Shown here: positions 1 through 14,700 of the stretch, one piece after another
Numbering within the stretch: the first letter of the stretch is position 1
Layout: each line of letters begins with the position of its first letter
Assembly (NCBI GenBank): GCA_051453625.1
Contig: JBOZIK010000001.1
Coordinates: 2,585,206-2,649,205 of the forward strand
Source: Welwitschia mirabilis
Lineage: Eukaryota
Reading direction: 5' to 3'
DNA: 64,000 nt
Translations under genes and position numbers: made by a program
Notes under the pieces: model-generated
Seen by the model: the letters and a program-made list of their open reading frames with translations, nothing else
Told to the model about the DNA's origin: nothing
Database searches by the model: none

Positions 1-20
1 TGAATATTACAAATTTAGAT

Positions 21-21
21 T

Positions 22-95
<74 letters not shown>

Positions 96-120
96 CCTCT
101 CTCTCTCCCTCTCTCTCTCC
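21..120. repeat. (CT)n microsatellite
   Basis: About 50 CT units with a few interruptions. Confidence 0.97.
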
Positions 121-1849
121 CTAATAAATAGATCAAACCATGGCTTCTTATACTACTTTAACATTTGAGGTGAGACTTTGATATTTGGTAAGTGTAACTT
201 ACAGGAGAATATTTCCACATCTACTTTAAAAATTACTCTTCCTTTAGATATATGGATGTGAATTCTTGATTTTTTTTTATTCTAACTCTAGATACTCATA
301 AAAACATTACTAAAGAAAAATTAGTGCATCTTACTTACCTTTAAAGATGAATTATAGTTTAGTTAAATTACTAAAGTTCATCTTTATTACTCAAGAATAA
401 CATGATGTTGGCTATTTTGTCCATTTCCATGAAGATTAAAGCTTTATCACTAGGTGGTTCAATAAATATTTGTGAAATGTCTCTAATATCCCTACTTGCT
501 ATAACATGTTAATGTTAATTTGATTATTTTGATATTCTACAACATAATATCATAGTGATTTTGCTAGAGGATAGAGTTTGTTCTTGCCTTTAGGTGCTTC
601 ATAACACTTTGATGCTTTACAGGTGAAAAGTTCCTTTTTGATCCTATTAATTTATGTTTTGATGTTTTTCATTTATCTTTAGTTTTGTCAACTAGAATTT
701 AAGGGTACTAATCTTTAATGGAGTCATGTCTCATTTCTTAAAAAACATGAATCATGAATGTTATAAGAGCTAGTTTTCCTTAAGATTGATTTCTACAAAT
801 TTTGATGCTTTATCACTAGATGAAAATAACATTTACTTTCTTCCTTATTATATTTCTAGTTTTAGATAAATTGTAATGATTTTAATCCAACTTATAAATT
901 TCACTATAACCGACATATGGTTACCAATGTTAGTTAATGAAACAAACAAATTTATTTCATTTATTAATAGTTATAACTAACTACTGTAACTACTTTCAAA
1001 GTTTTATTAACAACCTTACTTTTGCTACTATTACTTTTACTTTAGGATGAAATTATTAAATTATGAATATAAATATTTATTAGGTTTATCTTATCACCTT
1101 AGAACTTTAACCTTTATCTTTAAGTCTATTGTTTCATTAGGGTTATCTCAAAATTCAAACCTTTAACTTTGGTATTATGTTGGAAGATTAAATGCATAGA
1201 AATTCTTTGATATCATGTTGGAATTTTAAGTGTGTGGAAGTATTCTAATGATGTTGTAAATTTGAGTGCATGGAACTAAAATAAGGCATATAAATGCTCA
1301 ATGACTATGTTAGAGGTTTGTGCATAAGAGGTTTATGTGGAAGTATTTCAAATAAATTACTAAAGCTTTAAGTTGATTTGTGATAATAGAGAAAAGGAAG
1401 TAAAAATGAAAAACCAAAATTTATGTTATACAAAATAATTAATAATGATTAATTAAATAATTAATAATGAATTGACGTTATAAATAATTAACTACCTATT
1501 TAATTTTTTAAATTATCTTATTTGATTCTTAATATTCTTTTATACTTATTCCTATCCAATGGATTAATATTATTATTCATTTTTTTCCTTCCACTTGATC
1601 TTTGTATTTATATCAAGTTTTACTAGATGGAAATCTTGTATCTTTTAGATATGAAATGAAACATGTTGTTTTGCATTTTATTTACCAAGTTAAGAATTAT
1701 CTTAACAATTATATTAATTTGATATTAGTTATGTTATTTAAGAAGGGAAATAAATAAGAATTAAATAACTATGGATTAATTATAATTTGTAAATCTTTTG
1801 TATAACACTAAGGAACTATCATAAAAGTAAAAATTAGAAGATCTCTATA

Positions 1850-2900
1850 AGCATTTAGTAATGTCATTCTATATTTAAATCATCTTATTAATGAAAGTAA
1901 AAATCTAAATAAATAGACATTAATTTCGTTTTTGGATTTATGTAAAATATCTGATTTAATATTAGCAATAAACATTAATAGTAATTGAAAAATATTAGGT
2001 ATCTAGTAACTCTATTATCTACAATTTAGAATTTGTATAAATAGGTATCTATCTAACTCAAAAAGACTATTTCTCAAGAATGTATGATGTTTCATTATTT
2101 TATTGGTGTTAAGAAAAGTTTTCCTCTGTCTTCTACATTTTTGAAATATTTATTAATGTATTAGTGGCTTAGATAAATGAAATTTCTCTTAATCATTTGA
2201 TACAAGTAAGAAACTATCCTATGGGCCTCTTATTTTTGGTGGATGTTGTTGCATTAATTTATAAAATAAATTTATGTGTACAATAAGTGCTACATATTTT
2301 GCATACTTTTTGCTACCAGTTTGAAATGAATATTAATGTTTAAAAAAATAAAGTTATTATGATTGGTGTTTTATGTCATATGAATTATTTATTTGAAATA
2401 AATAATTGATATATTGAATCTATTCCATGCTATAAATACTTAGGATTAAAATGCTTTAATAATTATAGATTGAATAATTGCATTAGTTAAAAGGGTATTG
2501 AAGGTATGAAATACTTATTTTCTTTTGGAAAAATGGAAAAAAAAAGAGAAAATTGCATGTAGGAATGTTTATGTAGAAGTTTTTTAGATTATTATTCAAT
2601 TAGGAGTTCTTTATATTTTTGTTAGGTTTTTGCATTAGTAAATAAAAACTGGAAGCAGATAGAGGAAGTTTAAAAATAATTCTTAATAGATGAATTTAAG
2701 GCAAAACACTAAACACAACATGATATTACGCTTAGTGAAGCTAAATAGATTCCTTTAGAAGTAGAAGGTATTTGTCAATTTGTAGCTTATGTTCATAAAA
2801 TTTTAAATTACACTGTTAATAAATTTTTTAAAATAGTATTCCAAATGACTTAAGGAAAAGATTGCTTTTATTAGAAAAAGATTTGCTTTAAAAAATAGAA
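1850..2900 (+). pseudogene. Very degenerate LINE (L1-like) reverse transcriptase relic
   Basis: Scattered remnants in the expected order: FW at ~1930, RPIS-like AGACTATTTCT at ~2064, a QGCP-like region at ~2200-2250, LGVP-like GGAGTT at ~2600, and P.E.GG-like at ~2750. Heavily mutated. Confidence 0.35.
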
Positions 2901-3395
2901 CAATAAAAAATAATTTCTTTTATTGAGATTGTAAATAATTTTGAGTAATTATAAAACAAAAAACTTCAAAAGATTTTAAAAAATACAAATGAAAAGAAAC
3001 AATTTTATTAAAATAATATTACAAGAGGAATTCATGTAAAGATAACTCATTTAAGTGTCCTTATTCTCCATCATCTATAAGTTTAAACTAATAAGGCAAG
3101 AATGAGATCTTAGTATTTTAAAATTGAAACATGTAGATGGTTTTAAGTTCTTTGAGAAAAGAAGAAGTGATAAACTTTTGTAACTTGAATATTATTTAAG
3201 ATGTATATTTCTTCTATCCATTATATTCTTAGATTCTTAATAGACATAATAAAAAACATTGCAATTTTATTTTCAATAAATGATTGACACCATGTAAACT
3301 AAATTATGGAAAACATTAGAGTTAAAAAATGTTTGATAATGATACCTTTCCAAGAGCCTCATAATGTAGAAAACAAGGCATTTAAAAGTTTAAAC

Positions 3396-3634
3396 CCATA
3401 ACCTTATAAATGAAAAATAAGTATCCAACCAATTAAAGTATCATCCAATTAACATGTACATTAAAATTTAATTTAAATAGATTAACTTTTAAAGTTATGG
3501 GCTTTATAGTGTGATGAATAAGACATCTAAAAAAGCCATAACCTTATAAATGGATTAAAGTATCCCATGAATTAAATTACTCTAATTAATATATAAATTA
3601 AAATATAGTTTAACTAAATTAACTTTTAAAGTTA
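3396..3634. repeat. Degenerate direct repeat, ~140-bp period, 2 copies
   Basis: CCATAACCTTATAAATG...ATTAACTTTTAAAGTTA occurs at ~3396 and again at ~3536. Confidence 0.7.
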
Positions 3635-4339
3635 ATTTAAATGTTTTTTAATTATTTTCATATGTTTCTATTTCCTTTCTAAGACATAATGAGAGGAAGC
3701 CATCTTTTTAGTTTCTTATCAAAACTGACAAGCAACTTTTGCTATTAAATAGTTCCACTACACAGGGGAAAAATTATGGGAATATGCCAATAAAAACTTA
3801 TGCATTATGCTCAGAATCAAAACAAAAATGCTGAACATTACTCTACAAGAGGCTATAGAAACAGTTTCTGTGTGGCTTTGTTTTTTTACACAACTATGGG
3901 CTTCATTTTCTATGTGGATATGGGCTTCATTTTCTATGTTCATTGGTCTATGCATGGTGTTCTGATTTTTACGATTATTAGTTTGTATGTAGTGGTGGTA
4001 CTTACCTAGCTTTTCAAAACTAGTAGCATGCAACTATGTGTTATGCTTATATAGATCTTTTAACTGATTGTACATCACTTTGCATGCATGTTAGAGATCA
4101 GTAGGTATTTGCATGTGCTAGAGAGTGGCAAGTCTTTACATGCACTGGAGAGTGGTAGAAAACAACTAATCTTTTAATATTTTTGCAAGTGTTATGTGCA
4201 TGCAGATAACTTCATCATGAAAATCTTGCATGCATTATTATGGTGTCTTTTTCAGGGAAGTTCACCATCTTTTCAACCTATCTTTTTTCTTTTAAATGAC
4301 CTCAAATAATTTAGCTTCATCATCTTTTAATGCAGCCTA

Positions 4340-5060
4340 TCAAAAATGAAAATTAGAAATGGCCAATATGTCTTGTAAATCCATGCTAATGGCTAAAGAT
4401 AATGATTGTGTTATTGTCAACTTAGAGCTTGCCCAAAACCTTTTCGAAAAAATCATTCATACTTTTGAATAGCTTTACACTATTGTTTCATTAGAATAAT
4501 TTCTTCTTTTTTCATTCTTAATGACTAGATTCAAGATAACTGGGTTAGCAAAAATATGAGAGTCTCTGTAGTCTCAAATATGACAAAACACATCTTCCTT
4601 TTTGGTTTTTAACTAAATATATGGTAAATCAGGTGAAACAACAATCAGTTTGGAATATTTTAGGAACTTACCTTATTTTCAAGTTATGGTTTAAAGGTTT
4701 TGACCTAGAAAAAGCTGCTCAGAATACCATTCCCATATGGATTGAATTACTAAACCTCCCAGTTGATTTTCTACCTCACATTGATGTCTTAGCTACTAAA
4801 GTTAGACATGTCATAGAAATGAAAACCTTCACAAGGTTACATGCTTTCCCTGTAAGAAAAATCTGTGTTTCCATTAATCTAAACAAATCATTGCCTGAGG
4901 TTATCTAATTATCAGTTGATGGAAAAATTATTCTCTAAAAGGTTTTATATATAACTCTGCCAAATCATTGTTACTATTACAAAGAGTCTAATCATGTGAG
5001 GGCACATTGTTCTAAACTCCTAGCTAAGTTGGAAGCAAATAGAGTTTTAGAAAAAAAACA
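4340..5060 (+). pseudogene. L1 LINE ORF1 (DUF4283-type region plus CCHC zinc knuckle), disrupted
   Basis: ORF 4621-4908 reads IPIWIELLNLP...KICVSINLNKSLPEVI. It is followed by YITLPNHCYYYKESNHVRAHC (~4948-5010), a decayed LP..C..C....H....C knuckle typical of plant L1 ORF1. Confidence 0.85.
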
Positions 5061-5499
5061 TAGTTAATGAACTCCATAAAAATGGGCTTATCCAAGAAAA
5101 TCACCAAACTTCATAAGAATAAGTTAATAACAACCAAACTAATCAGGAACCAATTATAACAAAGATCACCAAAGCCAATAGAAAGAACTCAGATAAAGGA
5201 AATACTTCTCAAACTTCTACAAAGGAGTTGAACACTGTTAGTTAGGAGAATAAACAAGAAACTACTAAAAATCCTAGGTTAATTAATAAGGAAAATGATA
5301 TAGATAAAGGATGAAAAACTATGGGTAAGAAATCTTATGCTCATGTTACAAGGATCAATCCATTATTTATCCCTCTCAGGATTATGAAAAACACAAAAAA
5401 AAATAGTAGTGATATCATGAATTATTTCAGAAGATAGAGCAGATCAATAGCTAATAGTTTTGAATCTATGAACTTATGGTAAATCATTGGAGAAGGGAT

Positions 5500-7921
5500 T
5501 AGATCCCTTATGATCTCACCTCATTAATCTCATCTTATGAAAGTTTTAGGAACTTTTAAATTCCTAAAGAGAATACATTATCCAATATTATATAGCTAAA
5601 AATCACTTAGATATAGTTTTTCTTCAGGAAATTAGAATTCAAGATTTTCAGCTTTCAACTACTTGTAATAGCATTTTCCCCAAGAGTACTTACTTCATTT
5701 CTTATTATTCTATAGGTAGAGGAGGAGTGTTTATTCTTCTTTACTAGATGTTTAATAATCATATTATTGATCATGGTCAAGACCCAAGAGGTAATTGTAT
5801 TTGGATTAGGTTAAAATGAAATAACTCTATTATTGGCATGGCTAATATCTATGCCCCTTATGGCATCCAGATAGATGTACTCTTTGGAAATGATTCCATG
5901 ACTCTCTTATAAAATCTTCATGGATCTTAGTGGAAGATTTCAATATGATTGAGAATGATGTAGATAAAAGATGAGGAAATAAAAATGTCCTTGATATTAA
6001 TGAGCTCAATAGTTGTATTTGGCTTATAAGTAAATTCCAATTACAGGATGCCAATGCTACTACAAAAATTAATTTTGCTGAGGGATGGTTTACCTCATCT
6101 AATGTTAGATCTAGATCAAGTTTCATTACTTATTGGCTTAACTAAGTTTATTTGTCTTTAAATCTAAGTAATATTATCTCCTTTCATAATAAGATACTAG
6201 TATCAACTACTTACACCAAACTCTTATCTGACCATTTCCCCATTTTATGGTCCATCTAATATCCTAATGTAAGCACATCAACAGAGATCTCTTTATTTTT
6301 AACATTGCTTTCCTTTAGAATAGAAAATGTATTCTCTTCTCATGCACATTTCAAACCTAGTTCCTCATCCCATTAGTAATAATGGATGGATTAATTGATG
6401 GAATAATAGTATTTTATGTACTCATAATTTCGATAAACATGCAAGTAAACTTTTTGTAGCAAATATAGATTCTCATTAGAAAAGCCTCATGACAGAAGTA
6501 GAATTTCATCAATTGAAAGTTAATTCAAGGAACTATAACAATCGAGATTTGGATTTGCTAAAAATCTATAAAGATAGACTAAGATAAGTCAAGCATTACA
6601 AGGATCAAGATGCTCACCTTCGTGCCCACTTATCTTGGCTAAGAATGGGAGATTAATCTTCATCATATAATCATTACTCTTAGGTGTTATCTTCTAGTAG
6701 AATTGATGACACAACTATCAATACTTGTCTCAACAATCTTCAGCTTTTTAATCAAAAACTTTTTGGTGATGATCAGTGTCTCTCTAAAGCTAAGTTTCTT
6801 AATGTCCTTTAGCAACTTAAGGATGGTAAAGATCTAGGTTTGGATGGGCTTCCAAGAGAATTCTTCTATAAATTTTGGCATATAATTGGAATGGATACTT
6901 ATAATCATTACAAAAAAGCTTTAGATAATAAATCCTTAGGAACTTATTTTAATACTATAATAGTTAAAATTCTACCTAAATTATGTGATTCACATAACAT
7001 TAATAATTAGAGACCTATCACTATTTTGAATGTGATCTGTAAAATTATTGTCAAGCAGTAACCAATAGATTAAAGAAATTTCTTCATTTTCTTATCAGTA
7101 AAGAGCACACTACCTTTGTTTAAAATAGGTACATCTTGGATAATGTTCAAATTGTAGTCAAATCTATGCATTAGAAGAATACCTCTTCTCAATAGGATAT
7201 TCTTTTAAAGCTTGATTTTACTAAAGCCTAAGACAAACTCAATTGGTATTTTCTTACTTGAGTTATTCATCATCACTAACTCAGAAAAGTCTTTGAGAAC
7301 CATGTTCAGATGCTTCTAGCCAATGCTACTTCTGTTATGTACAGTAAGGGTGTCTTCTCTCATCCCATATCCCTTCAGTAATTAGTTAGGCAAGGGTGTT
7401 CCTTAGATTTATATCTTTTTATCATAGTAGAAAATACTCTTGAATCTCTTCTTAAAGCTCATAATTCTTCAGAAAATCTTCATGGTATTAACCTTCTTAA
7501 TGGTAATATAGTTCTCTATAGCCAATTTTCTCACGATACCTTTCTCTTAATAAAAAAAACTGAATCAAATTTTTAGAAATATATAGATACTCTAAATATT
7601 TATTATACCACCATCGATTCCACTCTGACTGAAAGGCCTGCTTAGTCCTAATGCTTCAATATCCAATGGCCTCCCCCCATTGATCATTTCAAACTTTTGG
7701 TAATCCCTATCACTTTATCAAAAAATCCATTTAATATGTGGTAGATTATTATCAACAAGATTAAAGATAAACCTCTTAAATGATTCAAAAAATCTTTATC
7801 ATTAGTAGGGAGTCTTGTTGCGTATATTCATATTCTCAATACTATTCCAATTTATTATGCCTCTTTTATGACCCCCTTTATCTTTTCTTATAATACTGAT
7901 AACAAAATTCTACAAAATCTT
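5500..7921 (+). pseudogene. L1 LINE ORF2, 5' part (APE endonuclease plus RT), disrupted
   Basis: Endonuclease motifs: DIVFLQE (~5610), GRGGV, NIYAP (~5843), WILVEDFN (~5921), SDHFP (~6227). RT motifs: GLDGLP (~6838), RPITILN (~7010), LKLDFTKA.D (~7205), VRQGC (~7385), SQFSHDT (~7519). Ends in the post-RT segment LSLVG...IPIYY...NKILQN. Confidence 0.92.
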
Positions 7922-8062
7922 TATTGGATCAATAACCCTGGAGGTTGGGTAAATAAGCCTTTAAAAATTTAATAAATAATCTTCAAAATAAAAATACTTT
8001 ACTTGAAAAAAAATCACAAAATAACTTGTGGATAAAAACTGAAAGTATTCTAAAAAATGAAA
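7922..8062 (-). mobile_element. Terminal fragment of a SIRE family-A LTR, running into an N gap
   Basis: Colinear with the starts of the LTRs at 19209 and 27001 (shared TTCAAAATAAAAATACTTT...AAGTATTCTAAAAAAT). Confidence 0.9.
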
Positions 8063-9099
8063 NNNNNNNNNNNNNNNNNNNNNNNNNNNNNNNNNNNNNN
8101 NNNNNNNNNNNNNNNNNNNNNNNNNNNNNNNNNNNNNNNNNNNNNNNNNNNNNNNNNNNNNNACATATTCTTAATTTTACACAAGACATCTTTTATGTAA
8201 TAAAAAACTAGGAATACATAGAGGACACAAACATATGACATTGCTATTGTTTGTAAACTAAAATAACCTAGAAATTAATTATAGGTAAATATATAATATT
8301 AATATGATTTGTCTTTTTTAGAATATATAAATTCTAATAAAGGAGTAAGTAGAACTTGGTCCTAGATTCCGTTGTAACTATCAGATAAAAATATTAAAGA
8401 AGAAATAAAGTGATAAAAAAATAGTGTTTAGTTAGGATAACAAAAAAGAGGATGTCATAGAAATATGACGTAAAATCATGGATATTTTTAATTTTAATAT
8501 CTAATGTGTAACATATTGAATAGATCCTTCATAAAGCTAATAGACCTTTAAGAACTGATTCAATAGACACTTGTACATCCTATCTTTTCACTATAAAATA
8601 GTAAATATTTTATGAATTATTTTATTTTATTTTTTTACTTATACATGTTGGCATACCTAGGAATATGAATGACTTAAGTGAGGTTAGCCACATGACATCA
8701 TTAGTTGTCATACATGGAGTAATGTAGCTATTCCTGTACACACACAACTACACTAGGTAACCTAAAAATGAAAGTAAAATTTTATTATGTTTAGATAGAC
8801 CTCATAAGTCTGTCAGATCCTTCAAACAATACAAAATATGTTAGTATCAATATTTGCAGACTACATTAAATATGTTCAATTTTTATGTAGCCTAAAAACA
8901 TCATTAAAATAATATATCATTGTTATTGATGATAACATAAATAACTCATATAAACTTGTGTTCATGATATGCCATTTGCATCTGAATAATTTAGTGTTGT
9001 AACACTTCAACAAAATATAATGTTTATCTTTTTCTACTTGTAATAGGCAAAGTTGATATACTCGATCCTATAGTTGAACATTATCCCATCTTCTAGTTT

Positions 9100-10550
9100 C
9101 AACTTTAAGATGATGAAATCCCATCCTTACTCTGCTAATTAAATTTTTGATTTGTAATGGTATTGTTGTAAACATATATTCCACTTTTCTCAAGCTAGCT
9201 TCCTTGAATAGTTTTATAATATAACAAAACTTTCTTTTTATTTTTAGATACCTTTTAGCATGTCTTAATAATTTTTGTTTTTATCATTTTCCAAATTATT
9301 TTAGTATCTTTAGTTATATCATGATCTTAAATGCTTCATTCCTATAACCACAACTTTCATTTATCATACCATCCTTTTTCTTGAGTGATTTCTAATATCT
9401 TACTTGAAAACTTAATTCTATTATAAAGTATAATTTTCAAATAAAATATTAGAAATTGATATATTTCCTTATCTTTAAAAGGTAATATATCTACCTCTAT
9501 AAATAACATTTCATATGGTATTGTTCTTTAATCTTAAGTTCATCTACCAAAAATTGTTTTTGAATTTCTCTCTTTTTGTCCATAAATGTTTGACAAGTCT
9601 TGGGATTCATACTATGCATTCATGTAAAATTATTAATTACACAATTATATACCTTTCATAACCAAATATTTTCTTTCTTACATTTGCTATTTATAGCATA
9701 AGAATTCTTCCACCCATTAATAACTCTTTGTTACACGCATTGATTTCATTTATAGTTTTGAGAACATTTCAATCATATGTATTTATATGAATTAATAATC
9801 TCAATATTTTTATTATTTAGCAAGATACTAAAGTTTCTCTTACTTATTTCATAAATAAAATTTTGTTTTAGTAACATTTACCTTCATCCTTAAGTATTCA
9901 CAAAACCTTTCTAGTACTTTCAACATAATCTGAAGGTCCACATCATAAATTGTAACTAGTGCTACATCCTCTACAAAAATTAAGAGATAGAGCATTTTTT
10001 TACCTATCTACATCACATACCTTTATGGTATCTACTACAACCATATTTCTAATTCATTCATAAAAATTCCAAATAATGTTGATGATAGAGGATAACCTTG
10101 ATTCACTTCTATGTTATTATAAAATCTATAAGATACTTGAGCATTCATGCTTTTTCATTTAACCATTATTTATACATAGAGTCTTTATATGGTTTTTAAC
10201 ATTATAGATAATATTAAGATCTACAAGTCTACTCCATAAATTATCCCTGATATCTAAGTTATAAGATTTGGTAAAATCAACAAAAAAAAGAAAATATTTT
10301 TGTGTCATTCCTTTTCTTACTTCATATAAAATATAAGGGTAGATAGATGATCCATTTTAAAGTAAGTTATTAAAAATCCCACTTGAGAGAATGCATGAAA
10401 ATTATTTTTTTTCATCCATGTTTTTAGCCTCTTTTCTAAGATAGTACCCAGTAATTTATCAAATAAATTTCTAATCATGATTAGTATATAGTTATTTAAA
10501 ATTGATTTATTTCCTTTTTAAATAACATAATAGCTCTACTAATTCTCTAT
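9100..10550 (-). pseudogene. Degenerate LINE RT, RTE-like
   Basis: Minus-strand motifs in order: NNYILIMI (NYRTIM-like, ~10490), QVGF (~10380), FVDFTKSY (~10270), VNQGYPLS (~10095), LIFVEDVA (LFADD-like, ~9970), MKVNVTKTK (~9875), IEIINSYKY (~9795). Confidence 0.75.
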
Positions 10551-10914
10551 TGCTTTTGTAGTTCATTCTTAAGTCCATCATTTAATCTTTCACATCGCTA
10601 GTCAGCACCCTCATAGAGACTAAGAAGTTTAATTAACCTAAACTTTGTCTTGATTAGAGTTATTAGGAAAGGCTTAAAAGATACCTTAGAAACATTTTGA
10701 TAAAACTAGATAATCTCTTTATAAAAGACTTAAAATATAAATTTTTAGGTGATTAGAGACTTTCTTAATATTAAACCATTAATGATAAGTAACTTCTTTA
10801 TATTAAAATTTGGCTAAAAGAACCTCTACATATGAGTAATTTAATAATTGAGATTACTTAATTAAAAAAGATATCTTTGGTTAGCATTATATTTTCTTCC
10901 TAGAGCTAATATGT

Positions 10915-11745
10915 TAAAGTGTTTATTATTTTATTAATACCCAAAGTTACCCTTCTATATTAGCTTTTCAAAGTTCAAGAACTTTGAAGAGTAGCACTAA
11001 AAGGGTTTAATGGATTCATGTAAGGAAATTTTCACTCATTAAAACTTTCTTTTAAATGTTCTTTATTAGAACCCAAGGTTTTACCATTTTATATTAGCTT
11101 TCCAAATTCTAAAAAAATTTGAAGAATAATAATAAAAGAGTTTCTTGTGGTTAATGTGATAACATTTTTATTTATTAAAACTTTCTATTAGAAGTTCTTT
11201 TATTAATCCCCAAGAGTTACTCTTCTATATTAGCTTTCTAACATCTGAAAAGTTTAGAGAATAGTACTAAAAAAGTTTCTTGAAGTAGCCTTCCAAAGTT
11301 TAAGCACTTTGGAGAGCATCACTCATTATAATGTTCTCTTAAAATTTCTTTTTATTAAGCTTCAAGGATCATCCTTAAACTTTGGAAAGCAGTACTAGAA
11401 GAGTTACTTGGATAGATTTCAAGCACTTTGTAGAGCATCGTCAAAAGGGTTCATTATAATTTATATGAAGACATTTTTAATTATTAAAACTTGTTCTTAA
11501 AAGTTCTCTTATCAAGCCCCAAGATCTACCCTTCTATACTAGCTTTCCAGAGTCTAAGAACTTTGTAGAATAGTGCTAAAAGAATTCCTCAGGATAGATT
11601 TCCAAAGCTCAAATGCTTTAAAGAGAATAATCAAAAGTGTTCATTAGAATTCATGTGAGGTCATTTTTACTTATTAAAACTTTTCTTTAAAAGTTCTTTT
11701 ATTAAGCCCTAAGGGATATGCTTCTATATTAGCTTTCCAAAGTAT
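10915..11745. repeat. Degenerate tandem array of ~130-190-bp related units (~6 copies)
   Basis: The TTCTATATTAGCTTTCCAAA-like core recurs at ~10953, 11088, 11223, 11533 and 11722, usually preceded by ATTAAAACTTT...GTTCTTTTATTA. Confidence 0.85.
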
Positions 11746-11749
11746 AATA

Positions 11750-14700
11750 TTACTTGTTTTTTTAAATTTCAATAGATTGAATTCCTTCTATGGAGGATGA
11801 TTGAACCAAAAGTGGATTTTATATCTTCAATGGATCCACCCAATTAGCATCATAATAGCAATGAATATCTCCATTTTTTTTTTTCAAATTTAAGTTCAAA
11901 TGTGGGTGTATCAAGCATATACCTCATGAGATATTTCAAAGAAATAAGATGAGTTTTTATTGATTTAGCCATATATCTATATATGAATAATGTTGAAAAT
12001 TCAATATTAGCCCTTGTGTAACACAAATATCTCAAGGAGCCTTTAATGAACCTGTAAAGAGAGGTATCCATCCTTTTTTATTTTAATTTTTTAAGTAGTG
12101 GTGTGATGGCTAATATTCCTTCAAGAAACTCATATTTTTCCATCTCAACTTGTGCAAATCTTAATTAATGTATACTCATAAATACTTTAGCTTAATTAAT
12201 ATAAATAACAAAAAATATTTAAGAATGCTAAGGAATTTCATTTTAAATTTAGTTTTCATCTTAATCTTGAAGTCATTCAATAATTTTTTCATATGTAGTA
12301 AAGAATACTATTTCATTAACATAAAGGGATATTATGATGAAATGACAATTTGAGTGTATGAAATATAATGTGGGTTTTTAAATACATTCTTTGTAGCCTT
12401 TTTCAATTAAGTAATCATTTATTCTTTTAATCAAGCTCTTGAATCTCGCTTAATGCCATAAAGAGCTTTCTTAAGTTTGTAAAATTTGCTTTATTAGTCT
12501 TTAATAATAAAAACTTTAGGCTAGAAAATATACACTTATTCTTCTAAATTTCCATTTAAAAGTTAATTATTTAATTCCATTTGATGCAAAAAATACTTCA
12601 TAAATAACTAAAGAAATAATGAGTTTTATAGTTTTTTAAGCTGAAAATCGGTGTAAAAATCTCTGCATAGTCAATATGCTTCTTTTGATTATAGCCTTTA
12701 GCAATAACTCTTTATTTTTAACCTATAATAATGCATTTTTTATTTATTTTTATTTTGAAGATCCATTTGGATTTAATGATGTTCTTTTCTTTTAATCTGT
12801 TCATAAGTTTCCATTTGTAAACTTTTGTTATTAAATTTATTTCTTTCTTTATTACTTCTCTTCAAATTATAGATCAAAGGAATTCATCAACTAATTTTAG
12901 TTCATTAATTAAGGCTAAGTATGCTACATGAGATAGGGCCATACTCCTTGTGAATATCCTCTAAATGTTTATGTCCAACATTTGAGAATGTTAATGATCT
13001 TTAATAATTTTTGATGAAAAATATGGTTAAGAAATCATGGATGGTTCAGTTACCTTATCTTTTTTCATAAGAAACATGTGCTAATTCAAAATTTGATTCA
13101 TAAAATTCAACTTTTTTAGAAATAAAATAATTTCCACTAATGGGTTCAAAACACCTATAACCATAATATTTTACATCTTATCCAATGAAAATGTAATTCT
13201 TACTTTTGGTATCAAGTTTAGATGTCAATAGATTAGAATGTATAACTGATAAATTCCACTCATAGTTTTTCAAGTAAGACAAATTTGAAACTTTCTTGAA
13301 AGCTAGTCCATCTAGAATCGAGTCTTAGCTTAAATTTGAAACTTTCTTGAAAGCTAGTTCATTTAGATTCGAGTCTTAGCTTGAAGAAGTAACCATATAG
13401 TTGAGAAAATATATGGTTGTAATGACAACCTCACTGTAATAGAAATTAGGCAATGTACTTAATGTTAATAAGTATCGTGTCATTTCTTGTATTACATGAT
13501 TCTTTCTCTAAGTTATCCCATTACTTTATTGATAATATCCCCATGTTGTTATCTTTATGATACCACAATTATTATAAAATTGATTAAAATTAGCATTAAC
13601 AAATTTACTTCTTCTTCCACTTCTAACGACCTTTATCTTTTATCCTAATTGATTTTTAGAATAAGCTTTAAAATGTTGGAAAGTGAATAATGCTTCATCT
13701 TTAGAATGGAAATAGGACCAAGGGTACCTAGAAAGTTTCGAAAATCATCATAAAATACTTTAAGACTTTCATTGTGGTAATCATTGGAAGAACCAAGTCC
13801 ATGTGCATAAACTCGAGTGGCTTAGTTTTTCTCTCTATGATGACATTATTTAGATTAGCCTTTTGGTTGACCTTCATACATGTTTTACAAATTCCAATAG
13901 GTATTTCATGATATTTGATGCCCAAAACACCTTGATATGTTATCATCTTATCATGTTTGTGTAATAGGTACATTGTAGTCTCATGTGCCAAATAATTAAA
14001 GTATTCTTAATTACAATACACATTAATCGAAGTTCAAATTTTTTAGTTGATATGCCATCTTCCATAAAATACAATGCATAAATTTGAGTTGATATTATTT
14101 GAAGTGTAATGAATAAGCTTCTATTGTCCTTTATGATACAATCATTATTATTAAATATGATTTTTTATCTCTTTAAAAATTTATTCAACTAAAAGTAATA
14201 AATTAGCAAGCTTATCCATATAAAACAAATCATAAACATTAATCCATCTTTCATATTGGAGATTAATTTCAAAATATCTAATGCCTTCTATTTTAACAAA
14301 AATGTCATTACCAAATTTAATAGAGTCTAAATTATTTAGTCTAGAATTACTAAATAAATTTTTATTGGATGTCACATGATTTGAACATCTGCTATCCATA
14401 AATCATGTGGAAGAATCAATAGTTTTTTATAGAAAATAAGGCTTAATAATTTGATTTTCCTCCTTCAGATACCTTTTTTTAATCAATTATTAGATAGGAA
14501 GTAGGTGTTTAATGTTATTCAATGGATTTGAATGAAGTCTGATCATTTGAAATGATAGGAAAACCCACTTTTCATAAATACTTATCTTTAGTTTGACCTG
14601 GGCTTTTTTAATTTGTGCACCATAATTTATTCTTATTGTGTTATATTTAAAATATATCTTATGCTAATAACTTTGGAAGTAATTTCCTATTCCTCTTTGA

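Noticed and set aside
3800..4009. Hydrophobic 69-aa ORF with repeated MGFIFYV
   Set aside because: It arises from a 24-bp tandem duplication, probably in the LINE 5' region.
13281..13382. 51-bp tandem duplication
   Set aside because: It is a local duplication inside a dead integrase with no sign of function.
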